From the NCBI GenBank assembly GCA_973895155.1, contig OZ316894.1:21795867-21859866 (forward strand): DNA of 64,000 bases, given 5' to 3'. The translations under genes were made by a program, and so were the position numbers. Numbering within the stretch: position 1 is the stretch's first letter; every line of letters begins with the position of its first letter. Shown piece by piece: positions 46,861 through 59,165 of this stretch. This DNA is from Marsupella aquatica (Eukaryota; Plantae; Marchantiophyta). A model generated the notes under the pieces. That model ran no database searches, was not told where the DNA came from, and saw only the letters and a list, made by a program, of their open reading frames with translations.

Positions 46861-47659
46861 GAAGCAGTTAAACACAATTGGACTCAGGGTGCAATAACTA
46901 GTCATGCCTGCCAGTGGGGGTCATACATAGTATGGCCCAGTCAAAAAGGACCATCCTCGAGCTCTAGGGCAATTTTGAATGAAAGTCGGATGTCATCGGA
47001 TACTTTTGTGAAAGCGGGCATCTGTGACGGATCCATCTTTCAGCCCAATTCTGTTAATAAATTTCTGTACCCGTTCTGCTTGCTAGCATGGTCACAACAA
47101 TTGAGACTACATTGTTGCTGCAAAACCTTACGTACTAACGCATGTGAAATGAACAGTGCAATCTTGCAATTGCCTGAAGTATATTGGACTCCAAGTTTCT
47201 ATCTTGTCAGAGAAAAAGAAGCCCCTCTCCGCCGCCTGAGAGTCCTGTCAAACTGTCCAGAAGCTAGCATTTGTGATTTCTTTTCTGAAATACATGGGTC
47301 CAGCTCCTTTGCAGGCATAGTGAATTGTGAAATCTGAGCTGTGCTGAAGATTCCAAACTGTTGAAACCGGACTCCACTGGAGGGTATAATTCCAGACCGT
47401 CCAAGGAAGATAGGCTTTGACGAATATGGCTTGCCTCTTTAATAAAGTGCACGATTCACAGCCAGTCCGGCTTGGCTAGGACAAGATTGGTTCGTAAGCA
47501 GTCAACGAGATTTAACACGTCATGTGCGTCTGATCGAAGATCGGATGTTCTCCTACAACGCAAGGCTCACTCTTTGTCAGGGTTGGCTGCCCTTTGGACA
47601 GCGTTGTGAGGTGATGACGATAATGATGATGACGACGACGAAACAGAACTCTCCTTAGC

Positions 47660-49626
47660 TCAGGAGACCCTTCTTAAGTACAAAATACTTTCGTTCTCAA
47701 GTCCACATAAAACATTCTGCCAAAGAACAAGCAATGCTGAGGTTATTGCAGATCAAGAGGAAAAACAATATCTAGATATTTCTTATGGAATACAATAACG
47801 AACGAGGCTAACATATTACAAACAACTACCTCATTGGATGCAACAGGATACTTAGGAAACCTTACATTGAAGTTTTCACGGTCAATGTCGAAAGTGTTGA
47901 TTGCAGTTGCCTCGGCTGTCAGTTCAATCGTCTCTCCTACACAACAAACAAAAAGTCCCTGGGGTGATCAATTGTCACGAACTAAGGAAAACTTGGAGGG
48001 ACTATTTGAGAAACATCATTATTCATTGACTTTCCGGAGCTCACCTCCATCTAGAACTGCCAGAATGCCATCTTCTGAGCAAATCATTACTGGAGGAACT
48101 GTCCCAGACTCCACACCGTGACCTGCCGATTGCAGGAGGGGATCAAACTTAGCTTCCCACACTTCACTCTCGACAATTAGGCCTCCCATTGCGTGCCGGT
48201 CTTTCGGTGCAGCTGGCCCAGCCAGAGCAACAGGCTCCTGTTGCCAACGTAGATCCCATGCATAAACAGTACCACCAGAGCCTCCTACCTTGCAAAAGAA
48301 GTTTCGCGTGCATAGAGTGTTCACAGGTTAGGAAATTTAGGTGAGCAAAGAATTCTCGAACACCCACAGGTAGCAGTGCCTCAATCAAAAGATTGTATCG
48401 CAGTTGTTCGTCCCATGAAATATCTAGAAATGATTTCAGCAGGGGATCGAATCATGATTAATTCTCAATACGAGGATCACTAGAGACTTACCACGCATAG
48501 ATGTTTCCTCGAAGGATGGATATCAATACAGTTGATACCGCCGGTCCCGCTCGCCCTGTCCCAAAGCATAACAAGATCATTCAGACAGGAATTAAATGGC
48601 ACAATTCTACCTATGCATTTTTTGCTGCCCATAGAAAAGCCACAATTTCCAAAGTTAGGTCATTCATGGTAAATTTTGCTTCATTCAAATTACGCGGTGA
48701 CGACGTTCGTTGGAATGCTGTATATGCTAGAAGAGTATACTATTTCTCCAAAAGCTTCCAGGCAGTATACCTTACATTTAAGATTGCAGTCGTAACCTGC
48801 TGGTGAATAGCTATCTCTCATTCAAAGGCGTGGAAGTCTCTGAGAATCAAATGGAAAAATTGTTCGAGAAGTTGAACACAAAAACTATCTTGTGACGTCA
48901 ATTTCTGTGACATATCGGTCCTAAAAAGGTCTGTGGACGAATCAAAGGTTGGAATGCCTACCATTTTGCTGGCGATTGTGATACTGGTCCCCCAGGCCGT
49001 CGTTGGTCCCACCATTGGACAGTAGAGCCCAACGACCCCGTCACAAATTCAACAGAGGAAGCCCAACACACCGCTGAGAACGACATCAGCCCACCATTGT
49101 CATACAAACATTTGGATTGCAGCTGAGAAAGTCCTCCCACTTTCACGAGATTTATTTTTCCATCCCAACCTACGGTGACACAGTCTTGAGTGCTTGCCTC
49201 CAGATCAACGCCGGAAACTGATCCCTTGTGCAAAGAGGGGCACACCACCGGTACCGGAGTCTTCTTCGTGTTCGCAGGATCTTTGACAAGAACGACCGAA
49301 ATATCACCTGCCCGAGAGCCGGCCACAAGAATGGATTCATTGGAGGGGACAATAGCCGTTCTCAGAGAAGTAATGCGGGCGGGAATTGGGAATGAGTGAT
49401 GCAGAATTTGCGTCGGGAAACCATCCGGTGTCTCGTGATCCAGACTGCTGATCTCCATCACCGTTTTCCGCTGGTCCGAGTCCCATAACCCCAATGCCAT
49501 CAGCGGCGATTGGGATGGCGTCACGGATGGGAGCCATCGCACTGCATCCACGTACCGATTCTGCGGCAGCTTACACACTTCCATTTCTCCGTCCTCCTCT
49601 CCCCAAGCTTCCACCACCCTCCGCAT
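47660..49626 (-). CDS. NUP43: Nucleoporin NUP43 (WD40, Nup107-160 complex), 5 exons
   Basis: Exons 49626-48962, 48555-48492, 48288-48045, 47936-47866, 47716-47660. Reads PQNRYVDAVRWLP...CVTVGWDGKINLV...EFVTGSLG..VQWWDQRRPG...IDIHPSRKHLCVVGGSGGTVYAWDLRW...ESEVWE...CSEDGILAV...INTFDID...LENESIL, matching plant NUP43. Alternative ATG at 49584. Confidence 0.9.
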
Positions 49627-50399
49627 CAACGATAAATCCTTCGTTCCACCGATTCCACAAACTGCACGACCGTAGCTTCGTTAAACCCCTCGAAAAACCC
49701 TAAACTATCAATCCTACGCTACTCCTCCCAATCTTCACATCAGAAACCTCCACACAGTCGGCGCTTTCCTCCATAGAAAATTCACGTTCAGTGCACTTCA
49801 CACTCCACCTAAAAATTCTCTTCACTCGCCATCTGCTCTGCTGATTTACTCGATAATTATGCAAAACCTCGACCACTCAGCTTGTGGGTGTTTTTCACGA
49901 GGACTGCTGTTTGTCTAAGACCACGAGAAGTGAACTGACTGCGTTACTGACTGCGTCCATCACTCTACTGTGCTGGGATATAGACTGCGACTACAGTCAC
50001 AGTCGTGAGGCTTCACGCCGTCCGAGGCTTCACGCCGTTCAACCTTCACGATGACTGCAGCCAGCATGGCATTTTTACCGTTACGTTTGGATTTTTCTCT
50101 GGCTTTGATGAGCGGACGACCGTTGCCAGTGTGACAAGTCAGGCTATCCGCATGACGAGCTCTTGTGTAAAGCCTTGTCGGGCTCCACTCAGTTGAGGTT
50201 AGTAAAGAGGTCTCTCTCTAAGTGCACATTGAATATGTGAAAACCCTGGATAACTGCAAGGATTCCTTCCCCTTTTTTCCCTTGGAGGTTGGACTTTTTG
50301 TGAGTGAAAAGTTCCGTCTACTTACTGATAAGTAAAGATCAAGTTTAGGGCAGGGACCTACAATTTAGGGCCGGAGTCACAAGATGTTAACTAGCAGAG

Positions 50400-51900
50400 G
50401 GGGCCCCATTGGACATGAAAGCACATTAGCTCTTATTGATAAATGCATAACTTCACATTTTTGCATTTATCACTTAGTGCAACCCCATGTTCAGTGCACA
50501 TTGGATGCTTCCCATAGTGTGCACTTAGAGAGACTACTGTCAACTTCAGTGGGTGGCCAGATGGTCAAAGTTTCCCAAATATTCTTGCTGCATGGGTGAG
50601 AAGTAGGCCCTCTTCCATGCCAAGTAGGATTGCAAACTTTGAGGTGCAAAGTGCTGCAGATATTTTTGTTTGTGATATAGGGTGACACACTGACAACAAT
50701 ATTTCAAGGAAACCCATGAAGAACACTAGTGGGATGCAGACAACGCAAAACCCAAGCGGCTGGAGCAAATGATGCGAGCAAAAGTCATGCGCCTGATGTC
50801 ACTAAGCTAAACCAAAGGTGGGGACAGATTAGCCTTCTCATCGCTGGCAGAAGTACCGGAAGAAAATCTGGCGAGGATGATCCTTCGCTAAGGTGAGATT
50901 CTTCCTGTGGCGGCATTTGAAAAATGGTTTTTTCACAAATGGCATGGCAAGTCATTGGGGAGTTTCCGATGGCATTTGTTCCAAGTGAACTCTGCAAGTT
51001 GAGCACACGGAGCATGTGTTTTTCAGTTGTCGCACTGTCACTGCTACATGGAGACAAAATTCAACATCTGCTACAACACACCGATGCCCTGAAGACTCCG
51101 CAGGATTCTGTTTTTGAACCTATTACCTTGGCCATTCAGATGCACACAAGATTTACCTGGGCTGGTGGTACTGATCATGGAAATGTGCTCCAGCATATGG
51201 AAAGAAAGAAATGAAGCTACTTACTCTCAGTTTGAGACTGCTCCCTGGTTGTGTTGGTCCTGCGCGAAAAAAAACTTATCTTAAAGAGATGTTTGAAATC
51301 TGCCATTTCAAGATGAAAAAAACAACTCAAACGCACCATTGACCAACTCCAGGTTGTTCTTGAACCATGGGAGACGAATAAGAGCCCATTTGCTTTGAAC
51401 ATTAATGATGCAGATGATTAACAAACAATACTACATTAAGCGGAGTGAGGACACGATCCACGGCAGAGGTTTCACCCGTGACACTAAGACTACTCAGCAC
51501 AGCAGCCTCCTTGGTGACAATAAGGTTTGGACGCAACAGAGGAATGTTTTTAAGACTGAGACTGAGTTTTTCTACACGATTAGATGGGAGGGTAGTGCTA
51601 GTTATCAACCTGGATATTTAAGAATTAATACCAGTGATTGCAAACATCAGAATAGTATTGAGATTGTAGAGAATGCTGTCAAAGCCACCCACTGGTGGCA
51701 CCTCAGGGTCCCATGACCTGATTATTGAGTGGTGTGTGTGGCGGGCCGTGTCCGGTCCTGTCGGGGGTCCCGTGGGCTTGACTTTGTCTGTTTTTCTTTG
51801 CTTTGGTGGTTGTCGCCCCCTTGCGTGCTATGGATAATCTAAAAACTGTCTATTTGATTTTATTATCAGATTGCTTATATACATTTGTCTTTTTAGCTAT
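50400..51900 (+). mobile_element. 5'-truncated degenerate LINE (L1-like) ORF2 3' end
   Basis: About 50926-51055 reads GFFTNGMASHWGVSDGICSK*TLQVEHTEHVFFSCRTV (zf-RVT-like C..C...E...H.FF.C with a stop), followed by WKERN at about 51198. Frameshifted; boundaries approximate. Confidence 0.7.
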
Positions 51901-52959
51901 TGTTGACTGAACAAAGTGAACTTCATAAGTGGGACCTCAGTGAATATGGCTGGTAGCCAAGGGTAGGGTATTTCTACATGAAATACATAGAAAAATGAGT
52001 GAGGGAAGAGAGATCACATCTGGGCCGGAGGAACTAAACTTAAGTCAGTCTTTAGGTGATCAAACACTCCCTAGTCATGGACCTTGTTTGTCACTATTCA
52101 AATGTTCCTTCAGTTATCAAGGTAAGCAAACTATTTGAGAAAACTCTCACCCTAGGGGTGGTCTATTTCCATGATTGCACAAGCCTTATGCCTGTGCGTT
52201 GCATGGCGCAAGGAGGGCCGGCCCATAGGGAGTCGGGCAGGGGCATTTATGGGGCAACGGGAAGCACATATATATGTGTCAGGGGTATACATTTTCACCA
52301 TCAATGGTCAGGGAAACAGCCAATCAAATCCAACGGCTATGGATCTTTCCTACCCAGGAGTTTTTTTTTTGTATTGGGACAAAGAACTAAAAAAGGTGGG
52401 ATCCCTTATTAGAGTCACTTGTAGATTTTACATGTAAGTACACTAAACCTTGAAAACTAAACAAAGCAAAACAAAACCCTCACCGTAAATATAGGGTACC
52501 AATGATCTGCGCTGGTCTGAATACCTGGCCTATGCACACAAACTCACAAAGGGTTTCCACACTCAAACTCCCTATGCCCCTCCCTACTTGCACTAATGAT
52601 CTGGATATGATAATTTCTTGTTACCAAAGAAATTAGGGCCTATGGCTTCACCCGTCTAAAAATTCATGAACAGCAGCCTTCATGGCAAGTGAGTGAATTC
52701 CGGGGAATACTTCATTAATTCGTGAGTGGTATAGATGGAAAAAAAATAGTATAGATAGATAGAAAATAGATACGTGTGACCAAAGTGCCTACAAACAAGT
52801 GCTTATTAGTTAGTAGTGTAGATCTGATCTGATTCGTGCTAACCATGCACTTACGGTAGTGGTCGAACCGCGCAGTCGAAAGACATGCACTACCTTACTG
52901 CATTAAATGCAGGTATTTGCCTATTCGAGGGAAAAGGAAGTGCATTCCCCACTACGGCA

Positions 52960-53530
52960 CTGTGCAAACGGGCAAAGGAGCACTAAACGCCAAAACGCTC
53001 TGTCCGATGTACAGGAATATCGCATACGGTTCCAATACGTGAAGAACAATTATTTCCACGTCGTGACACAGCTGAACCGTGGATGGGGGAATCGGGCGGT
53101 CCCGATGAGAGTATCGTTGTATTCTTTGGAATTAAATTGGAGAGAAAATGGAAATCATGAGGTCTGCCGTCTGCAGATGTATCAGTTACCCGTTTACCGG
53201 ACGTGTTCCCGTTTGGGGCGTCTGAGGCTGGCCGCGCTCTTTCTCGTTCAAATACCATCGTCGGCCGAACGAGAGATGTCTTTCTATCAGTAGAGGTTTC
53301 TCTCGTTGCGCTCTCTCGCTCTCTCTCTCTCTCTCTCTCGCACTCGATCTGCGGGAGCGCTCGTTCGCATTAGTCGCTCACAATTAGGTTTTAACAACCT
53401 CTCGAAGCTCCGCACAGAAATCTTAGAAATCTACAAACATTCGTTTCTGTGCACGGGCTTTTCAAGCGTTCAGCGACGTCGATATCGGACGTCTAACACT
53501 GTTATCAAAAGCGATCTCTAACGGTTCCGA
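52960..53530 (+). promoter_or_regulatory. CDC20 promoter/leader with MSA-like AACGG motifs and (CT)n tract
   Basis: AACGG/CCGTT at about 52967, 53190, 53209 and tctaacggtt at 53517-53527. A CHR-like ttcaaat at about 53247 and (CT)n at 53319-53339. MSA elements (MYB3R sites) drive G2/M genes in plants. Confidence 0.6.
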
Positions 53531-53848
53531 TTACTTATTGACTTTGTAGGATTTGGCTAGCTAGCTTTGGAATTTGACGTTCTTATTGACGTTGTTTGTA
53601 ACAAGTTTTATGTATTGGAGAATTTTTTTTTACATTGAATGATCTTGGTCGTGTATTGCTTATCGAATTTGTTGTGCATTTGTTGTTGAGCTTTTCGTGA
53701 AAGGTTTTTTGCATGCGCATATATCTTGCTGTTTTGGTTTCCGGCTTTGGTTTGGTTGTCGTTGGAAGGTTCCCGCCCCGAGGTGAGGGGTGAGCCGAAC
53801 GTTGTTTTGTTTTGTTCGTGGTAACCCTTGAGGCGCAGATCAGTCACT

Positions 53849-55655
53849 ATGGCAGCAAAGGTTTTCCAAACCCCGACCAAGAGCGTCCTCAAGGCTGGGA
53901 AATGGTCGGATAGATGTCCACTTGGAGAGCAGTCTACACCAGATAAGCTGAGCCGCAAGACTCCAGGGCGGAAGACTCCAGGGCACAGCGACCGGTTCAT
54001 CCCGAGCCGAAAGACGATGGATTTCGACGTCGCGAGTTTCCTTGTCAAGGAGAATTCAGTGGTCAATTCTCCAAAGAATGTAGGTTTCTGAATGTTAGCT
54101 TCCTGCTCTGCATGGCTATTCTTGCTTTCTCGCGTTGTGCATAGACTGATCGATGGTGTTACTACATGAGCAGGAAGAGTACAAGAAGCAACTAGCGGGA
54201 AATCTTCTTAGAGAGAATAATGATGGGAATACGAGAATCCTTGCCTTCAAGAGCAAGCCTCCCCCACCACCGGAGGGATTCGAGAATTCCCGAAAGTTGC
54301 TTTACACTCAGAACTTCGCGTCTAGCCCCACCAAGGGGAAGAAATTGTTTCGCCACATTCCACAGGTGAGGATCCGTCCTTCCTAGAAACAGTAGAGGAG
54401 CCGTGTTTCTTCAAGCTCCATGGAAATGACAACAAATCTAAACGAGTCTGTGAACAATCTCCAGGCACCAGAGAGGACATTGGACGCTCCCGAGCTCCTC
54501 GACGATTATTATCTCAATCTTTTGGACTGGAGCTCGACGAACGTTGTGGCCGTGGCTCTTGGCAGTACTGTGTACCTCTGGGATGCGACCACCAGCTCTA
54601 TCGAGGAGCTCATGCAGGTGAATGACGAGGGGCCCATCACCAGCGTGTCTTGGGCTCCTGATGGTCGCCACATCGCCGTCGGGCTCAATAATGCCGATGT
54701 CCAGCTGTGGGATTCTCATTCCCTTCGCCAGGTTAGGTCCTTGAAAGGACACTGCGCACGGGTTGGAAGCTTGGCCTGGAATGGTGGACCAGTGCTTAGC
54801 ACTGGCGGTCGTGACAATGTCATCTTCAATCACGATGGTAAGCTTCATCCTTTCGTGCGAATGCATCGAGTTGTTAACTACTGTAACTAATTAGAACCTA
54901 GTCCTGGTCACCGAAGCAACTTGGGCATCCAATCCCCCCACCACTCATCTTCCAAAGTTTTTGGTCACGCTAAGGAGAATTTCGTTCACATTGTTGATTA
55001 TCGGAACCATTCGTTGCATGCAGTGAGGATCAGAGAACACATTATCGGACGGATGACGGCCCACGAACAAGAAGTGTGCGGACTGAAGTGGTCTCCGTCA
55101 GGACAGCAATTGGCGAGCGGGGGCAACGATAACATTCTTCACATTTGGGACGCTGCCACAGCCTCCTCTCAGGGTCCCAGTGGTTACCTCCACCGACTGG
55201 ACGACCACCAGGCAGCTGTCAAAGCTTTGGCGTGGTGCCCTTTCCAAGCCAATTTGCTCGCGTCTGGGGGTGGTACAGCTGACAGGTGCATAAAGTTCTG
55301 GAACACTCACACAGGTGCCTGCGTCAACAGTATTGATACTCAGTCGCAAGTCTGCGCACTTCAGTGGAGCCGCCACGAGAAGGAAATTCTGAGCTCTCAT
55401 GGATTCAGCCAGAACCAGTTGTGCCTCTGGAAGTACCCATCCATGGTGAAAATGGCAGAACTCACAGGTCACACCTCGAGAGTCCTGCATCTTGCCCAAA
55501 GCCCAGACGGATTCACTGTGGCTTCGGCAGCTGGGGACGAAACCCTCAGGTTCTGGCAGGTGTTTGGTGCACCTGAGATGATTAACAAAGCAGTTCCCAA
55601 CAAGAACAGAAACAGGGAGCCGGTCAGTGGTTTGAATCTGAACACGATTCGATGA
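53849..55655 (+). CDS. CDC20: Cell division cycle 20 (Fizzy), APC/C co-activator, 4 exons
   Basis: Exons 53849-54079, 54174-54365, 54465-54837, 55024-55655. Has the C-box DRFIPSR, the MAD2-binding RILAFK motif, WD40 repeats ([44 protein letters not shown]) and a C-terminal IR tail. Confidence 0.98.
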
Positions 55656-56151
55656 GCGACACGAACGGTGACTGTTCAAATTCTCTAGCCTAACGGCTCC
55701 TGGACCCGGCTTAGAAGTCGACGTGCACGTCAACAAGGCAGGACGTAAGCACTACTCTTTCAGCCGCCTGAATGCTGAATTCCTCGCATTGGGAGAGTCA
55801 ACCATGTCTTCTTTCACCAATCGCCCGAGATTATTTGATTGAAAGGAAAACTCCCCGTTTCGTGTGACCTGCAGGGATTCAACTTGTCTGTGTCGATCAG
55901 CTTAACAGTGGCTCTATATGTATTTCTGCAATCTAAGCCACACCTTCGACGATAGTTGCAGGAAGAGATACTCAGAGTGTGAGTGAATCTGATTTTGTGG
56001 AATTTATTAGCGTGATAGCGAAGCAGTTAATAATGCAAATGATGCCTTTGTGAGTTAAATCAAGAACATCTGGATGGATGATTATAGGTAGATTAGGAGG
56101 AAATGTTTCGTATCGGCAGAATTTTGTGAATAAAGACACTGAGTCGACAAA

Positions 56152-56470
56152 TGTGGCAATTGTGCAGACCTTGTGACTGCTTGAACCCGTGAAGATAACC
56201 TTACTTTAACCTCTCAGGCTTGGCGTACAAGGGACGCATCGGTCAGTCAATTGGAACAGGTTAGTGGGTGTAAACATTTTCGAGGGTGTCGACGTGGTGA
56301 CTCTTTTGGTGTGCGCCACATTGAACGAATTGCAGCTTTTTTTAACGTTCACTGTGGCAAGATTTTTGCAGACCTTGTGATTTTGGACCCATGGAGATGG
56401 TTTCGTAGATCGACCTCACCTCCTTGGCTTGGCGTGCAAGGAACGCATTATTCGTTCAATTCAGCTCAAT
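56152..56470. repeat. Diverged tandem duplication, about 200 bp spacing
   Basis: tgtggcaa...tgcagaccttgtga...ggcttggcgt.caagg.acgcat at about 56152 and 56353. Confidence 0.65.
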
Positions 56471-59165
56471 TCGAGGTAGTGACAAGTTTGGTGCGCGCTA
56501 TATTGAACCTCTGCCAATCGCAATTTCTGTTACTCTTCACTGAACGCGTGTGTGTGATCTAACAGGAACTTTCTCGCGGAGATTTCTGATAATCGGATCA
56601 GGTATGAACCCGTCTGTGAATTTCAAACATTGTCCGCAACTCAGCTTGTGTAAATGTTTCCCGTCTGCCGATCACTGGCAGTCGGATGGTGAGATGTCTC
56701 ATGGTAGGACTTTGCTCTTGGCCTTGAGTATCTGGCGAGGCAGTTGAATCATGTTCATTAATAGGTAGTTTTTGCCGCTCTTAGATCATATAGTTAGGTC
56801 CTTTTCATCCTGTTAGGACAGACACTCCGTGTCACAATATCAGTAAAACAAATACCCGCAAGGGGGGGCTCACCTTTGAGACCCAATCATGTGTGTGCAA
56901 CGTCGCAACTCTATGGACGAACAATGACAATCCAGCTCTATGGATGAATGATGCCGTATATCTACAATGCCGTTCGTCAATAGTATCTACACTCAATCAT
57001 TTGCTATCTTTGAACCCATGCTCTACCTTCAACGAAGTGGAGCGGATACTTGGCATCCTCCTTTGCATGGAAAAAGCAAACATTTGTAGCCAGCAACTGT
57101 AGCTTTACCATTATCATTTCGTCTCTTCATCGTCGTCGGACCTGCACTTCCACGGCAATTCGCTGCACGAGTTGTAAATCAAAACGCAAATATAACAGCA
57201 GAATTGACTGACTGTCTATGTTCCACATGTCTATGTGAGCTCCAAGAAACTTGATTGTAGATAGTATTTTACTGGGTCACCTCAGTAGTCAGGACTGTGA
57301 CATTTCAAATTCAGGTCGTCGATGGTCAGGTCCAGTTATTGTCACCAAGGCAAACTAGCCCTCCTTCCGTGATTGTAGTCTCGTAAGCACAAAATTGCAC
57401 TAGAAAGGGTATTGTATACTTGCAGACACTTCCGGTGTTAATTGCATCCCTCATTAAGAACAGACATTTTCTACTCGGCGGCGGCTGAGACCATTTTGCC
57501 TCTTTCCAACTCATTCTGAATGTTACAAAGAAATAACAGGCGAACAAAAATTAAGCAAAAATTGTCAAAATGTTCTATACGGCAAATGAATTTGCCTTCT
57601 CTCTGAAAATATGATCATGACTTATAAAATTATGGAAAGCTTTAATGATATTACTCAACTGGCAACCTCAAATTTCTATCCCCGCCTGCTGCCAACCCCA
57701 ACCTTTGATCATGCCCAGGTACATAACAGTTTATTCCACTTGCGATATCCAGCAAATGACTGCCAAGTGCAACCTTTCCAATAGATTTTTGTCAGTTTCC
57801 AACGTGTATTGTGTTTGCTATAGTTAGGGCCAAAGTAACTCTTGTTCTTGTAACCTGGTGTTTCTTGAAACCTATTCGTTAGAAGGCACCTTTTGACTCA
57901 CTGCTTACATGAGTTTCCCCTCAATGTAGTTCAGTTTTTCTTGAATGGTAAGGGATCAGCCAGCGCTAGCAATGCCTTAGTTGCCACGGCGACGCCAACC
58001 ATCCCGACCAATTTCATTTCATCCCCTTCAATGGCGTACATCACTTCCTATCACGCAGTTTTGTTCAAGAAAAATTACAATGGGTCCAAAAGTAGAATAT
58101 AATACAGGTTTAGGGTTTGTACACTTAATTCTTCTAGATGACCAATCAACAGATCCATGAATCCTCTCTATTTAGAGCATGCTCTGTAATAGACTTGGTC
58201 TTTCATTTACACTTAGCTCTTGGAATCTTCAAGGGGGCCTCAAAAGTGAATATATCTTTGTCCGTTTCCCCCGGCCCCCCCCCCCCCCAACCCAAAGAAA
58301 AAAACCCCAAAAAAAGTGAATATACCTTCATAAAATATAAAATAATTAGTTGCCTGCAACAGGCACTTTGGATCACCGCAACGGGAGAAACTTCAGAAAA
58401 ATCACCAATTCCTGACCACTTGCTAGCTACATTTCAAACCATTGATTTGTCCCAACAATATATTTATGCCTGGGGCAATGACCCAGCTCAAACCACTAGA
58501 CAATCCAGTCCTTAAAATTGCGATCAGGTTCAGGCGCTGTTGGAGAAATGGAGATGAAATATCAGGAAAGGTCCCTAAGCCTTAAAGCCCTGTGTATTTT
58601 GTTTACTGTAATAATTGTCTAGCACTTTAAAATCTGACTTGCAAAAAGCCGAAAAATGTTTTTTAACATATTTGCTCTTGTGAGTATGCTGTCATATTCT
58701 TGTGAGTGACCGAGTAACCACTTTGAAACAATACAATTCAACTCATTTAAAATATTCATTTAAAGATTAGCAAGTCTTGCAATGTATACAATTAACGAGC
58801 CCTCTCAATTGTACAGAGTCCCAATCGAAATACTTACAAAGATCAATGAGATTTTGGTGCCTGCATCTGCCTGCCCCTTGAACGCATACAACACACACTC
58901 ATCCTCCCCAAGCTTTGCTAGTTAAATAGAGGAAATTAAACTTGCGAGTATTCCAAGATTCAGATAGTGTTACAAGGTGACGCGAGACGGAATAACTGTC
59001 ATTGTTGATCAAGGAAAATTTCAGCCAGCAAAAGTATTTACCCAAATGCACGTGAAAAATTAGCCACGAAATATATGATACAATTTTATAGACATACACG
59101 ATACACACTCATAGTCAGGGACTGTATTGACAGTTTCACAATTTCCACGCGACTATTCCATCTAG

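Noticed and set aside
46771-47337. 188-aa + strand ORF downstream of NUP43
   Set aside because: Starts at GTG inside the tandem repeat and has no domain; probably NUP43 3' flank.
52850-52975. Possible structured RNA (tgcattaaatgca palindrome) upstream of CDC20
   Set aside because: No tRNA A/B boxes, Sm site or snoRNA boxes recognisable; cannot be supported without an Rfam scan.
54438-55736. Antisense ORFs of 142 and 212 aa over CDC20
   Set aside because: Shadow frames of a GC-balanced coding sequence.
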